This document shows, piece by piece, positions 9,439 to 18,255 of a stretch of 64,000 nucleotides of DNA (positions are counted from its first letter, which is position 1; every line of letters begins with the position of its first letter). The notes under the pieces were generated by a model. That model was given only the letters and a program-made list of their open reading frames with translations. It did not search any database and was not told where the DNA came from. A program made the translations under genes and the position numbers. The DNA comes from a bacterium (GTDB lineage: Bacteria > Krumholzibacteriota > Krumholzibacteriia > G020349025), in contig JANLSU010000001.1 of assembly GCA_031362565.1 (NCBI GenBank), forward strand, positions 1 through 64,000, given 5' to 3'.

Positions 9439-10977
9439 ATGGCGCGCGCTTGCACCGGCCTGTTATTGTTGGCCGGCACGATGCTGTTCACCGGCTGCGC
9501 ACGGCGCGTCGGGCGCGAGTTCGTCGAACCCGCGCAAGCTTCGACGCTCGACCACGAGTCGCCGTACCTCAAAGCTCATCTGCGCGACGGCGAACTCTGC
9601 ATCCTTGCGAACTGGAGCGTCGACGAGGCGGCACGTACCGTCCGCGGCCACGGAATTCGTTTCGACGCCGCACGGAGTTCGAGCCGCATTCTCGATGTCC
9701 TCGTGCCGCTCGACTCCGTGGTGCTGTTCGAGACGAACGTCGTGCGGCTGTCACCCACCATTACGAGCCTGGCGGTCGTCACCGGCGCATCCGTGTCGCT
9801 GACGATCTATTGCGCATTGAATCCCAAGGCTTGCTTCGGTTCGTGCCCAACGTTCTACGTCTCCGACGGCGAGCGGGAGGTTCTGCAGGCCGAAGGTTTC
9901 TCCGGGAGCGTGGCGCCGGTGTTGGAGGCCTCCGACATCGACGCGCTCTACCGGGCTCGTCCGGGTTCGCGCCGGCTCGACGTGCGGATGACGAATGAGG
10001 CGCTGGAGACGCATGTTGTGCGCACGGTCGACCTGCTCGTGGCGCCGCGGCCCGAGGGCGGGCGCGTTCTTGTGACCTCCGACGGCACGTTCTGGGAAGC
10101 CTTCGAGGGCCCGCCTCTCGAGCGCGCTTCGGCTTCGGAGGGCGACTGCACGGCGCAACTCGCGGCCTTCGACGGCGTCGAGCGCTGGAGTTCTACCGAC
10201 TCGACCGATCTCGCGGCGCGCGAGGCCGTGGACCTCGAGTTCGGGCCAGGATGTTCGGGCCCGGCGGGCCTGCGGCTTGCGTGCCGGCAGACCTTCGTTT
10301 CCACATCGGTGTTCTACCAGAGCCTGGCGTATCTGGGTACGCATGCCGGCGATTGGATCGCCGAACTCGAGCGCGGTTCGACGTTGGCGCGTGAGCGCAT
10401 CGGCGCCATGCAACGGGCGCTCGGTGGAATCGAAGTCTTGGTTCCTGATTCGACGGGGAGCTGGAACGAGGCAGCCCGGGTCGACGAAATGGGTCCCATC
10501 GCCACCGACGTCCACCTGGTGTTGCTGCCGCCTTTGCCTGCCGGTGCGACGCGAGTGCGATTGCGTCTGGCGCGGGGTGCCTGGCGGCTCGACAATGTGG
10601 CTCTCGTCCGGCTCGGGCGGCGCGTTCAGCCGTTCGACTTGGCCCCCGCCGCGGTGCACCGCGATGGCATACCGGACGCGGACGCACTGGCGCGTCTCAC
10701 CGACCGCACTCGCACGCTCACGACCTCGCCGGGCGACACCTATGTGCTGACGTACGTGTTGCCCGCCGACTTCGAGCGCCAGGAACTCTTCCTTGCGAGC
10801 CGCGGCTACTACCTGGAGTGGATGCGTAAGGAGTGGGTGGCGCAGGAGGACCCCGTGCGCGCCGTGGCATTCTTCGCCGACCCGCATGCGGCGCTCCGCG
10901 CCATGGCTCCCGAGTTCAAGCGCGGCGAAGCCAGTCTCGAGACCCAGTTCTGGGGAAGTCGCTATGTGCGCCCGTGA
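9439..10977 (+). CDS. Hypothetical lipoprotein with CxxNPKACFGSCP motif
   Basis: Lipobox LFTGC; internal hydrophobic helix followed by CALNPKACFGSCPTFY; SRGYYLEW near the C-terminus. Confidence 0.7.
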   Translation: MARACTGLLLLAGTMLFTGCARRVGREFVEPAQASTLDHESPYLKAHLRDGELCILANWSVDEAARTVRGHGIRFDAARSSSRILDVLVPLDSVVLFETNVVRLSPTITSLAVVTGASVSLTIYCALNPKACFGSCPTFYVSDGEREVLQAEGFSGSVAPVLEASDIDALYRARPGSRRLDVRMTNEALETHVVRTVDLLVAPRPEGGRVLVTSDGTFWEAFEGPPLERASASEGDCTAQLAAFDGVERWSSTDSTDLAAREAVDLEFGPGCSGPAGLRLACRQTFVSTSVFYQSLAYLGTHAGDWIAELERGSTLARERIGAMQRALGGIEVLVPDSTGSWNEAARVDEMGPIATDVHLVLLPPLPAGATRVRLRLARGAWRLDNVALVRLGRRVQPFDLAPAAVHRDGIPDADALARLTDRTRTLTTSPGDTYVLTYVLPADFERQELFLASRGYYLEWMRKEWVAQEDPVRAVAFFADPHAALRAMAPEFKRGEASLETQFWGSRYVRP

Positions 10978-11557
10978 CCGAATCATCCGCTCGCGGTGGA
11001 GTGTGGTTCTGGCGGCGGTGGCGCTCGCCGGCTGTGCCCACCCGCCGTCGCCGGCGGGCTGGTTACCCGGCCCGCGCGACGCGCCAACCGACGCCTTTGG
11101 CGCCTGGGTGCGTCTCGACCTCGGCGGCACCAAGGCCGCGAATCCGAGCGGCGAACTGCTGGTTGCAGAAACAGATTCCATCTGGATTTTGAGTCAGGGC
11201 CGCGTGAACGGCAGGGCGCTGGCGAGCGTACAGCGTGTCGAGATGTGGACGTATGCGCCGACGTCGGACGGGCTCGTGGGCTGGACGCTGCTGGGAGTCC
11301 TCAGTACCGTTTCACACGGGTACTACTTGGCGCTCAGCGCTCCCGCCTGGATCCTCGTTGGCGCCGTGGCTTCGGCGGTGGAGTCACGCACCGGGCGGGA
11401 GTTCCTCGTGCCGAGCGATCTGGACGGGCTGCGCGCCCGGGCGCGCTTCCCGTCCGGTTGGCCGCCCGACTTCGATCGGCGCACGATCGCCGGCAAACGG
11501 GTCGAAGTCCGCGCGCCTCACGACGGGCGGCTCGACGCGTGGCCGGGCGGTCCGTAG
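10964..11557 (+). CDS. Hypothetical lipoprotein with two hydrophobic helices
   Basis: Lipobox ALAGC; overlaps the upstream gene end; ARFPSGWP. Confidence 0.65.
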   Translation: MCARDRIIRSRWSVVLAAVALAGCAHPPSPAGWLPGPRDAPTDAFGAWVRLDLGGTKAANPSGELLVAETDSIWILSQGRVNGRALASVQRVEMWTYAPTSDGLVGWTLLGVLSTVSHGYYLALSAPAWILVGAVASAVESRTGREFLVPSDLDGLRARARFPSGWPPDFDRRTIAGKRVEVRAPHDGRLDAWPGGP

Positions 11558-11567
11558 ATGACGCGGA

Positions 11568-12362
11568 CTAGACCGTTGGCCGCGCCGCGCGGCGGCGCCG
11601 TGTCGCGAACAGAACTCCGAGTCCGGCGAGCGCCAGACCGGTCGCTACCACCCCGGCGCCGGAGACGGCCGGCACGGCCGCCGGATTCGGCGCATCGACA
11701 CGCGTGAAGGTCAGGATGCCGAGTGGTGCGCCATTCAGAAACGGCGCCGCAGAATTCGCCGCGACGAGCTGGGGCGGACTCGTTACTTGGTTCGGTGATG
11801 CGTACGACACGCCGCTATCGGTTCCGGCGTCGTACGCGTAGAGCGGTACCACGATCCGGTTGACCCATTCGCCGTCCACGAAGAGTGGTTGGCCGCTGAC
11901 GCCCACGAACCAGTCCGGGCTCGGAGCCACCATCGTGACAATGGTCGCGAGCGGAAACTGCTGCGTGATGTCGAACGTCGTCGTGACCGAGCCCGGCGAC
12001 GGACTGATGCCGCCGCCGCGGATGACGACGCCGGCGTGGCCGGCGTTGATGGCCGACTGCACTTCGGTATCGAGCGGGGACGTCAACCCACGCTCCGCCA
12101 TGTCCTTGATGCCCTGGCTGGCGAGCGTTCCGAGGCTCCAAAAGCTGGCACTGGCGTCGTGGGTGCCGCCGATGAGCGACGACCAGTGGGCATTCGAAGG
12201 AAAGGCGACCGGGTGGGTCGCGGCACTCCAAGTGGCATCGAAGCGCGCCTCGTACCGGGCGGCAGTGGTCGCGGCCTCGGCCACCCCGACCACCAGGGTC
12301 CAAACGACGAGCAGCAGGAGCCCGGACCGGTAGGCGCGGGACAGTGACGGGCGAGCGAACAT
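11568..12362 (-). CDS. Spondin_N domain protein with IPTL/PEP-CTERM-like anchor
   Basis: HWSSLIGGTH, MAERG, APSPDWFVG and YDAGTDSG are spondin signatures; tail VPAVS + TM + RRRR; GGAGG SD. Confidence 0.88.
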   Translation of the reverse strand: MFARPSLSRAYRSGLLLLVVWTLVVGVAEAATTAARYEARFDATWSAATHPVAFPSNAHWSSLIGGTHDASASFWSLGTLASQGIKDMAERGLTSPLDTEVQSAINAGHAGVVIRGGGISPSPGSVTTTFDITQQFPLATIVTMVAPSPDWFVGVSGQPLFVDGEWVNRIVVPLYAYDAGTDSGVSYASPNQVTSPPQLVAANSAAPFLNGAPLGILTFTRVDAPNPAAVPAVSGAGVVATGLALAGLGVLFATRRRRAARPTV

Positions 12363-12480
12363 GATTCCTCCGGGGTTCGGCGCGGGCTTTGGCATTTGCG
12401 ACCGTACCAAAAAAGAAGCGACGCGGGTTGGAACCCGCGCCGCCGGCCCGATTATTCCCTCGGGGGGAGTCAAAATGAGA

Positions 12481-12506
12481 CGGGGCCGGTGCAAGCACCG
12501 GCCCCG
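12481..12506 (-). terminator. Hairpin terminator after the PDZ gene
   Basis: Perfect inverted repeat cggggccggtgc-aa-gcaccggccccg, then tctcatttt on the minus strand. Confidence 0.6.
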
Positions 12507-12519
12507 CCGCGGACGCCAA

Positions 12520-13002
12520 TCACTTTTTGTTCTCGGTCCCTCTTGCCACATCGATTTGGGCGTGCTCCAGCATGTGCTCGCCGATCCACCTCGCCATGAC
12601 ATCGGCAGGCACTGGAGCAAGGGTCAAGGACACTTCGCGATCAGCACCGTCTCTCTTGATCGTGTATTTCACCGCTTGGCCGGGCTTCCAGTCGCCGCGC
12701 GCCGCCGTCAACTTCTCTTTGTTGGCCTTGCTGATGACGACGCCGTTCAGCGCGTACATCACATCGCCCGGCTGGAATCCGGCAGCCTGGGCCGGGCTGT
12801 CGTCAAAGATCTTTTTTACGAGGTAGCCCGTGTCACGGTCGGTGTCGATCTCCACACCCAGCCAGCCACCGCTCTTCATCTGCTCGGCCATCATGTTCAG
12901 GCAGACTTGGGTCGGATACGGACACTTCGAACCCTCGCCGCCGAATGCGGGCGCCGCAAGGAGAGCCAGGCCGAGAGTCGTCCAAGCGATGAATCGACGC
13001 AT
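12520..13002 (-). CDS. Periplasmic stand-alone PDZ-domain protein
   Basis: Signal peptide; GWLGVE, DSPAQAAGFQPGDV..LNG, TIKRDG. Confidence 0.85.
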   Translation of the reverse strand: MRRFIAWTTLGLALLAAPAFGGEGSKCPYPTQVCLNMMAEQMKSGGWLGVEIDTDRDTGYLVKKIFDDSPAQAAGFQPGDVMYALNGVVISKANKEKLTAARGDWKPGQAVKYTIKRDGADREVSLTLAPVPADVMARWIGEHMLEHAQIDVARGTENKK

Positions 13003-13233
13003 CTCGTTCTCCTCGACAACGGTTCGGCCGGCGCGCGCCATGAACTGTGATCGTGCTCGGTGGGTGCTGTGGGCACCGCTCGTCGTGACGTGAATGAATG
13101 TAACGAGACGGCGTGTAAAAGTCGCCCGCCCGCCGGTAAAAACATGTCTCGAACGTCAACAAGTTGTAAATCGGGCCCCGTCGTCGCCGGCGGGGCCGCT
13201 CGGCGCTATGATGGTTCCACGAAGGGGACCTTG

Positions 13234-14850
13234 ATGAAGCGACTGATGGCATTTCTGCGCGGCCACCGGCTCTGGGCCGGTCTCGCGGCGACGCTCCTGC
13301 CACTCGTGCTCTTGGTCTGGTTGCAGTACCGCTGGCTCTCCCGGCTCGAGGACATGAGCACCATCGCGCACCGCGCGGCGCTCGACAACGCCCTCGATGC
13401 GATCGGCAACGAGACCCGCTACTTCTATCTGGCCAATGCCGAGCGGCTGCTGAATGTGCCGGCATCGATCTTCATCGACGCCCATCTCGAAGAAGTCGTG
13501 CATCTGTGGGAGAAGCGGCCCATCGAAGGGGCGCGGCTCTTCGTAGTCGATTTCACCCGCGAACCCTTCGGCCGGTACCTGTCGTATGAACCGGTGACGC
13601 ATAGTCTGGGGACGATGCTGGGCGGCGACGAAGCATTGGCCATCATCGTCGCCGCGACACCCTGGCAGTTGGTCATTCGCGCCGGCGGCACGATTCGCCC
13701 CGTCTTCGACGTCAACGAGCGTGACCCGGATCACCGCATGATCCTCAACCCGATTGTCGACCCGAAGGGCCAACTCGTGGGACTGGCCGGCATGGTGCTC
13801 GACGAACAGTATTTCCGCGACGTTCTCTTGCCGCAAACGATCGAGCGCACGCTGGCGAAGTTGCTGCCGGAATCGCGGCGCGACGTTGTCGTGAGCGTCC
13901 GCGATACGAGGGGCAACGACATCTTGCCGCCGCCCGTCAACGCCACGGGCGAAACCGTCTCGCGCCGCATCCCATTCGTGTTCTCGGATTGGACGATGAC
14001 CCTGCACGGCGGCGCGTCGGCGCCGGAGCGTTGGGCGCGCGCCAGCTTCGTCGTCAACATGGCGCTCGCACTCCTGGTCGCGGCGGCGCTGGCCGGCGGC
14101 ATCTTCTTGACGCTGCGCGCCGCGGACCGTGCCGTGGCGCTCTCGCAACTCAAGTCCGAGTTCGTGTCCAACGTCTCGCACGAACTGCGGACGCCGCTCG
14201 CATCCATCCGGGTGTTTGCCGAACTCTTGCGCCTCGGCCGCGTCACGAGCCCCGTCAAGGTGCAGGAGTACGGCGATGCGATCGAGGGGGAATCCCGGCG
14301 TCTGTCGCGGCTCGTCGATAACATTCTGGATTTCTCGCGCATCGAGTCGGGCCGCAAGACCTATCGCTTCGAGCCGACGGATCTGCGCACGGTCGCCGCC
14401 GCCGCCTTGCATTCGTTCGACGTACGCTTGCGCCACGATGGGTTCACGGTGCACGTCGACTCCCCGCCCGAGCTGCCGCTCGTCGAGGCCGATCCGGAAG
14501 CGTTGGGCCAGGCGCTCGCGAACCTGCTCGACAACGCGATCAAGTACTCGGAAGATACCCGGGAGCTGCGCGTGCGGCTCGGCTCGTCCGAGGGTGAAGT
14601 GACCGTCGCAGTCACCGACCAGGGAATCGGTATCGCGCGCGCCGACCACGCCAAGATCTTCGAGCGCTTTCACCGTGTCGGCACCGGCCTGGTGCACGAC
14701 GTCAAGGGCAGCGGCCTCGGACTCGGGATCGTGGCGCATATCATCGCAGCGCACCGGGGGCGCGTCACCGTGGACAGCGAACCGGGGCGCGGCAGTACGT
14801 TCACGATTCGCCTGCCGGCCGCCGGTAGGCCGCTCCCCGAGACCGCATAG
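13234..14850 (+). CDS. Sensor histidine kinase (HisKA + HATPase_c)
   Basis: Two TM helices; [33 protein letters not shown]. Confidence 0.95.
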   Translation: MKRLMAFLRGHRLWAGLAATLLPLVLLVWLQYRWLSRLEDMSTIAHRAALDNALDAIGNETRYFYLANAERLLNVPASIFIDAHLEEVVHLWEKRPIEGARLFVVDFTREPFGRYLSYEPVTHSLGTMLGGDEALAIIVAATPWQLVIRAGGTIRPVFDVNERDPDHRMILNPIVDPKGQLVGLAGMVLDEQYFRDVLLPQTIERTLAKLLPESRRDVVVSVRDTRGNDILPPPVNATGETVSRRIPFVFSDWTMTLHGGASAPERWARASFVVNMALALLVAAALAGGIFLTLRAADRAVALSQLKSEFVSNVSHELRTPLASIRVFAELLRLGRVTSPVKVQEYGDAIEGESRRLSRLVDNILDFSRIESGRKTYRFEPTDLRTVAAAALHSFDVRLRHDGFTVHVDSPPELPLVEADPEALGQALANLLDNAIKYSEDTRELRVRLGSSEGEVTVAVTDQGIGIARADHAKIFERFHRVGTGLVHDVKGSGLGLGIVAHIIAAHRGRVTVDSEPGRGSTFTIRLPAAGRPLPETA

Positions 14851-14859
14851 GAGGCGCGA

Positions 14860-15540
14860 ATGGCGACCGTGCTCGTGATCGAGGACGACGACGCGATGGC
14901 GCGGGCGCTGCGCGACGGATTCGAGTACGAAGGCTACCGGGTGACGGTGGCGCGCGACGGCGCGGCGGGATTGCAGGCCGCCGTCGAATCGGCGCCCGAC
15001 CTCATCGTGCTCGATGTCATGCTGCCGAAGTTGAGCGGGCTCGATGTGTGCAAGCAGATCCGTGCCGGCGGCAGCCGCGTGCCCATCATCATGCTGACCG
15101 CCCGCGGCCAGGAGATCGATAAAGTACTGGGCCTGAAACTGGGCGCCGACGACTACGTCACCAAGCCGTTCGGGTTTCTCGAACTGGCGGCGCGGGTCGA
15201 AGCACTCTTGCGGCGCGCCCAAGGCAAGTCCGCCGGCATCGACTACTATGGTTTCGGCGACGTTGCGGTCGACTTCAAGAAGCACGAAGTGCACAAGACG
15301 GGTGCACTCATCGAAATTTCGCCGCGTGAACTGCGGCTCTTGCGTTACTTCATCGAACACCGTGGCGAAGTCGTGACGCGCGACGAACTCCTGGATGCAG
15401 TCTGGGACTACGACAGCCCGCCCTTGACGCGCACCGTCGACATGCACGTCGCGAAATTGCGCCGCAAGCTGGAGGACTCGACGGACGAGCCGCGCTGGAT
15501 CGTGACGGTGCATCGCGTCGGGTACAAGTTCACGGGATAG
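14860..15540 (+). CDS. OmpR/PhoB-family response regulator
   Basis: [42 protein letters not shown]. Confidence 0.97.
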   Translation: MATVLVIEDDDAMARALRDGFEYEGYRVTVARDGAAGLQAAVESAPDLIVLDVMLPKLSGLDVCKQIRAGGSRVPIIMLTARGQEIDKVLGLKLGADDYVTKPFGFLELAARVEALLRRAQGKSAGIDYYGFGDVAVDFKKHEVHKTGALIEISPRELRLLRYFIEHRGEVVTRDELLDAVWDYDSPPLTRTVDMHVAKLRRKLEDSTDEPRWIVTVHRVGYKFTG

Positions 15541-15745
15541 CGGTCAGCGGGCCCGCGGCTTGGCGCTCGTAGGGAGGCCGAGTTCCCGCCGGTGCGGACC
15601 TGGCAGGACCTCCTCCAGGAGCTCGACGCCAAGACCCCGGAGTGGATCCGTAAGCGGCGGATTGGCGGAACGGCGCGAAGGCCCGTGACAGGGTGCTCGG
15701 GGCCATCCCGAGCGACCGCCTGCTGTGAATGCAGGCCCGCGATTC

Positions 15746-15774
15746 TTGACTTCGGTCGTTCGGGCGACTATGGT
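15746..15774 (+). promoter_or_regulatory. sigma70-type promoter
   Basis: TTGACT-17 nt-TATGGT upstream of the gene at 15892. Confidence 0.6.
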
Positions 15775-15891
15775 CAAGGGGCTTCAACATGATGTTTCGT
15801 CCCTCTGGCCCCAACCTGGCAGAGGACCCTACGCCGGCACGGCCCACGGTCTCGTGCCCGGCGGGTCTGAATACTTCTGAAGGGACTCTTC

Positions 15892-16689
15892 ATGCGCTTC
15901 GCCATTCGTCGCTCACTCAGACATGAGATCGCTGTTTTCGTCCTCGGTATCGTCGCATTTGCGACGATCGCGGCGGCGGCCGCGTATCCACCGTCGGGCG
16001 TCAACGCGACCGGCACGCGTCGTGTCATCGACCCGCCGCACACGGCGGCGTTGCTGTTCACGAACACCCACGCCTACGGCAATATCACGATCAAGGTCGA
16101 GGTCTTCGACAACTACCTTGGCGACTTCACGAAGTATCACTGGGTATACACGGTCACGAACCACACGTTCGAACCAAATCCGGGTTTCTCGAATGGGTTC
16201 TCCGGGTTCGAACTGACGCTGCCGATCTCGGTGCCCGACATCGGTAACATCGCGGCGCCGGATGGCATCGGGCCGTGGATCATCAATGGGTTCTCGGGCC
16301 TGCCGGTGGAGTGGGATCTGCGCAACACCGACGGTGCCCCAGTGGGCGGCGGTACGCTGATCGGGCAGACCGAAGTCTACAGCTACACGACGCTGCCTCG
16401 GCTCGTGACGCTCAGCACCGGCTGGTTCCACACCTGGGAGGGGGACATCCAGACCAACGTCATCAACTATCCTCCCGCGGACGGCCCCGAGGTTCCGGAC
16501 GTGCTCGCGCCGCCGAATCAGGAGCTGTGCTGCTACCAGGACGCGGCTGGGGCGTACATCTGCCAGGTTCTTCCCGCGGGCCAGTGCACGGCGATCGGTG
16601 GCCATGTGGTCCCGAGCTGCGTCCAGTGTCCGCCCGTTGTCGGGGTCGAGCCACGCACCTGGACGGGTGTGAAGGATCTCTTCAAGTGA
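15892..16689 (+). CDS. Secreted protein with Cys-rich C-terminal module and VGVEPRTWTGVKDLFK tail
   Basis: Signal peptide; YHWVYTVTN beta domain; CCYQ..C..C..CVQC; tail motif shared with 4034..4630. Confidence 0.75.
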   Translation: MRFAIRRSLRHEIAVFVLGIVAFATIAAAAAYPPSGVNATGTRRVIDPPHTAALLFTNTHAYGNITIKVEVFDNYLGDFTKYHWVYTVTNHTFEPNPGFSNGFSGFELTLPISVPDIGNIAAPDGIGPWIINGFSGLPVEWDLRNTDGAPVGGGTLIGQTEVYSYTTLPRLVTLSTGWFHTWEGDIQTNVINYPPADGPEVPDVLAPPNQELCCYQDAAGAYICQVLPAGQCTAIGGHVVPSCVQCPPVVGVEPRTWTGVKDLFK

Positions 16690-18092
16690 TCGACGCGCAT
16701 TGCGCCGCGAACGGGACGGGGCCGACCCCGTCCCGTTTTCGATTCAGGCGCACACTCTGTTCCAGCCGTTGGTCGACCCTCTGCCTCTTTCTCGCCATCA
16801 CAATCGGCACCGGCGTGGCTCGGACGCAAGCGAACGAAACACCGCAATCGTGGGTGCGTTTCGAGCTCGACGTCCCGCTCGCGCTCCTGAACGAGGTCCT
16901 CGAGCACCGGCTGCCACGCGATGGCGGTGGGACGCGGCACGTCACGCTGGCCGAGGGCTTTGACCTCGAAATCGGCGGCGAACGCGATCCGTTCAGGCTT
17001 GCAGGCCGGCGTGATTCGCTCGTCGTGCGCACGCGGTTGCGCCACTGGCTCGACGTGCAGGGCAAAGGACTGCAGCGGGTCGGTTGCGGCAGCGTAGGTG
17101 CGCCATTGACGGCCGAACTCGCCTGCACGGCGCGTTTCGGCTGGAACGACGCATGGGGCCTGGAAGCCATCGCTTCCGCCCAGGGGATGGTTTTCGCGCG
17201 GCGCTGCAAACCCGATCCGCCACGAATCAATTTGACCAAACGCGCCGGACCCGTACTGGAAGAGATGTTCCTCGACCCGGTCGTTGTCGCCGCGACCGAC
17301 GTCGCAGCGTCGGTGCAGTCGCGGGAATTCATCGCCGCGGTGTGGGATGCGCTGGCCGGTGGTGCGCTCTTAGCGGATGGTTGGCTCGACTTCGCGCCCG
17401 AGGCGGTGTTCGTGGACCCGGTCAGCTTCTCCGGCAGCGCGGTCGCGATTCGCGGCGCCATCCAAGTGCGACCCGAGCTTCGCGCCGGGCCTGCGAAGGG
17501 GACCGCAACCTCGTTTCCGGCCGGGACACCGACGCGGGTTCGACTGTCGGGACGCGATCTCGGCGTTGCCGTACAAATCGAGGCCGGTCTTGCCAACGCG
17601 CGCGACCGCCTGCACGCCGCCGTAGACAGCGCTCTCGCGATCGGGACTCAGCTCGAGAAGGTGACGCTGCGTGCCAGCGAGCAGGCGCTCGAAATCGGCA
17701 TCGACCTCGCAGGCGACCTCGCCGGCAGCTTCGCCATGACCGCGGCACTCGCGTACGAAGACCTTCCACCGGCTCTAGTGGCGTGGAATCTGGCTTGGAC
17801 CGAAACGACGCGGACGGCCATCGCGCGACTCGAACCGGCGCAGCAAGAGCGTCTCGCCGCACTCTTGACGATCGTCGGTCGTGCCGCTCGGATCGACTTC
17901 GAAGAGCCCGTCGCGCGTGCGAACCGCGATCTCGGCGCCAACCTCCGGCGCCGCCTCGGGGACGGATTGGTGCTCGACGGTGCGCTGCACGCGCGCCGCC
18001 TGCTCGCCATTCAGGGCACTGGCGACCACGTGTCCGTCAGGCTCGTGTTCAGTGGCCCCGCTGTGATTCGTCCGTTCGCTGCGAAGCCTTGA
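16686..18092 (+). CDS. DUF4403-like exported protein
   Basis: Signal-like LCLFLAITIGTGVA; FELDVPLALLNEVLEHRLP..WLDFAPEAV fits the DUF4403 pattern. Start uncertain and may lie after the hairpin. Confidence 0.55.
   Translation: MIDAHCAANGTGPTPSRFRFRRTLCSSRWSTLCLFLAITIGTGVARTQANETPQSWVRFELDVPLALLNEVLEHRLPRDGGGTRHVTLAEGFDLEIGGERDPFRLAGRRDSLVVRTRLRHWLDVQGKGLQRVGCGSVGAPLTAELACTARFGWNDAWGLEAIASAQGMVFARRCKPDPPRINLTKRAGPVLEEMFLDPVVVAATDVAASVQSREFIAAVWDALAGGALLADGWLDFAPEAVFVDPVSFSGSAVAIRGAIQVRPELRAGPAKGTATSFPAGTPTRVRLSGRDLGVAVQIEAGLANARDRLHAAVDSALAIGTQLEKVTLRASEQALEIGIDLAGDLAGSFAMTAALAYEDLPPALVAWNLAWTETTRTAIARLEPAQQERLAALLTIVGRAARIDFEEPVARANRDLGANLRRRLGDGLVLDGALHARRLLAIQGTGDHVSVRLVFSGPAVIRPFAAKP
16710..16740 (+). 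terminator. Rho-independent terminator
   Basis: aacgggacgggg-ccga-ccccgtcccgtt followed by ttc, just after stop 16689. Confidence 0.65.
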
Positions 18093-18114
18093 GCGCGCGC
18101 CACAGGGCAGGGCG

Positions 18115-18255
18115 CTACCGCCGCAGCACGCTCTTGCCGCGCTGGCGCACGGTCTCGAATGTCACGTCGTAGATGTAAATGCCGGAACTCACGAGCCGGC
18201 CTTCTTCGTCGCGGCCGTCCCACGCAATGCGCCCGCCGCTTTCCGTCGTGTTCAT
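18115..18255 (-). CDS. 46-aa orphan FlgD-Ig/secretion-tail-like peptide (possible remnant)
   Basis: MNTTESGGRIAWDGRDEEGRLVSSGIYIY..; its ATG overlaps the upstream TGA (TGATG). Confidence 0.5.
   Translation of the reverse strand: MNTTESGGRIAWDGRDEEGRLVSSGIYIYDVTFETVRQRGKSVLRR

Noticed and set aside
13156..15513. 785-aa minus-strand ORF and similar long antisense ORFs (9751..11181, 24966..26669, 50727..52268, 53210..54874)
   Set aside because: These are typical high-GC shadows opposite well-supported genes and show no recognisable motifs.
15592..15792. Small ORF MRTWQDLLQELDAKTPEWIRKRR..
   Set aside because: The start looks helical and protein-like, but it runs through the next promoter and no family was recognised; possibly a remnant.
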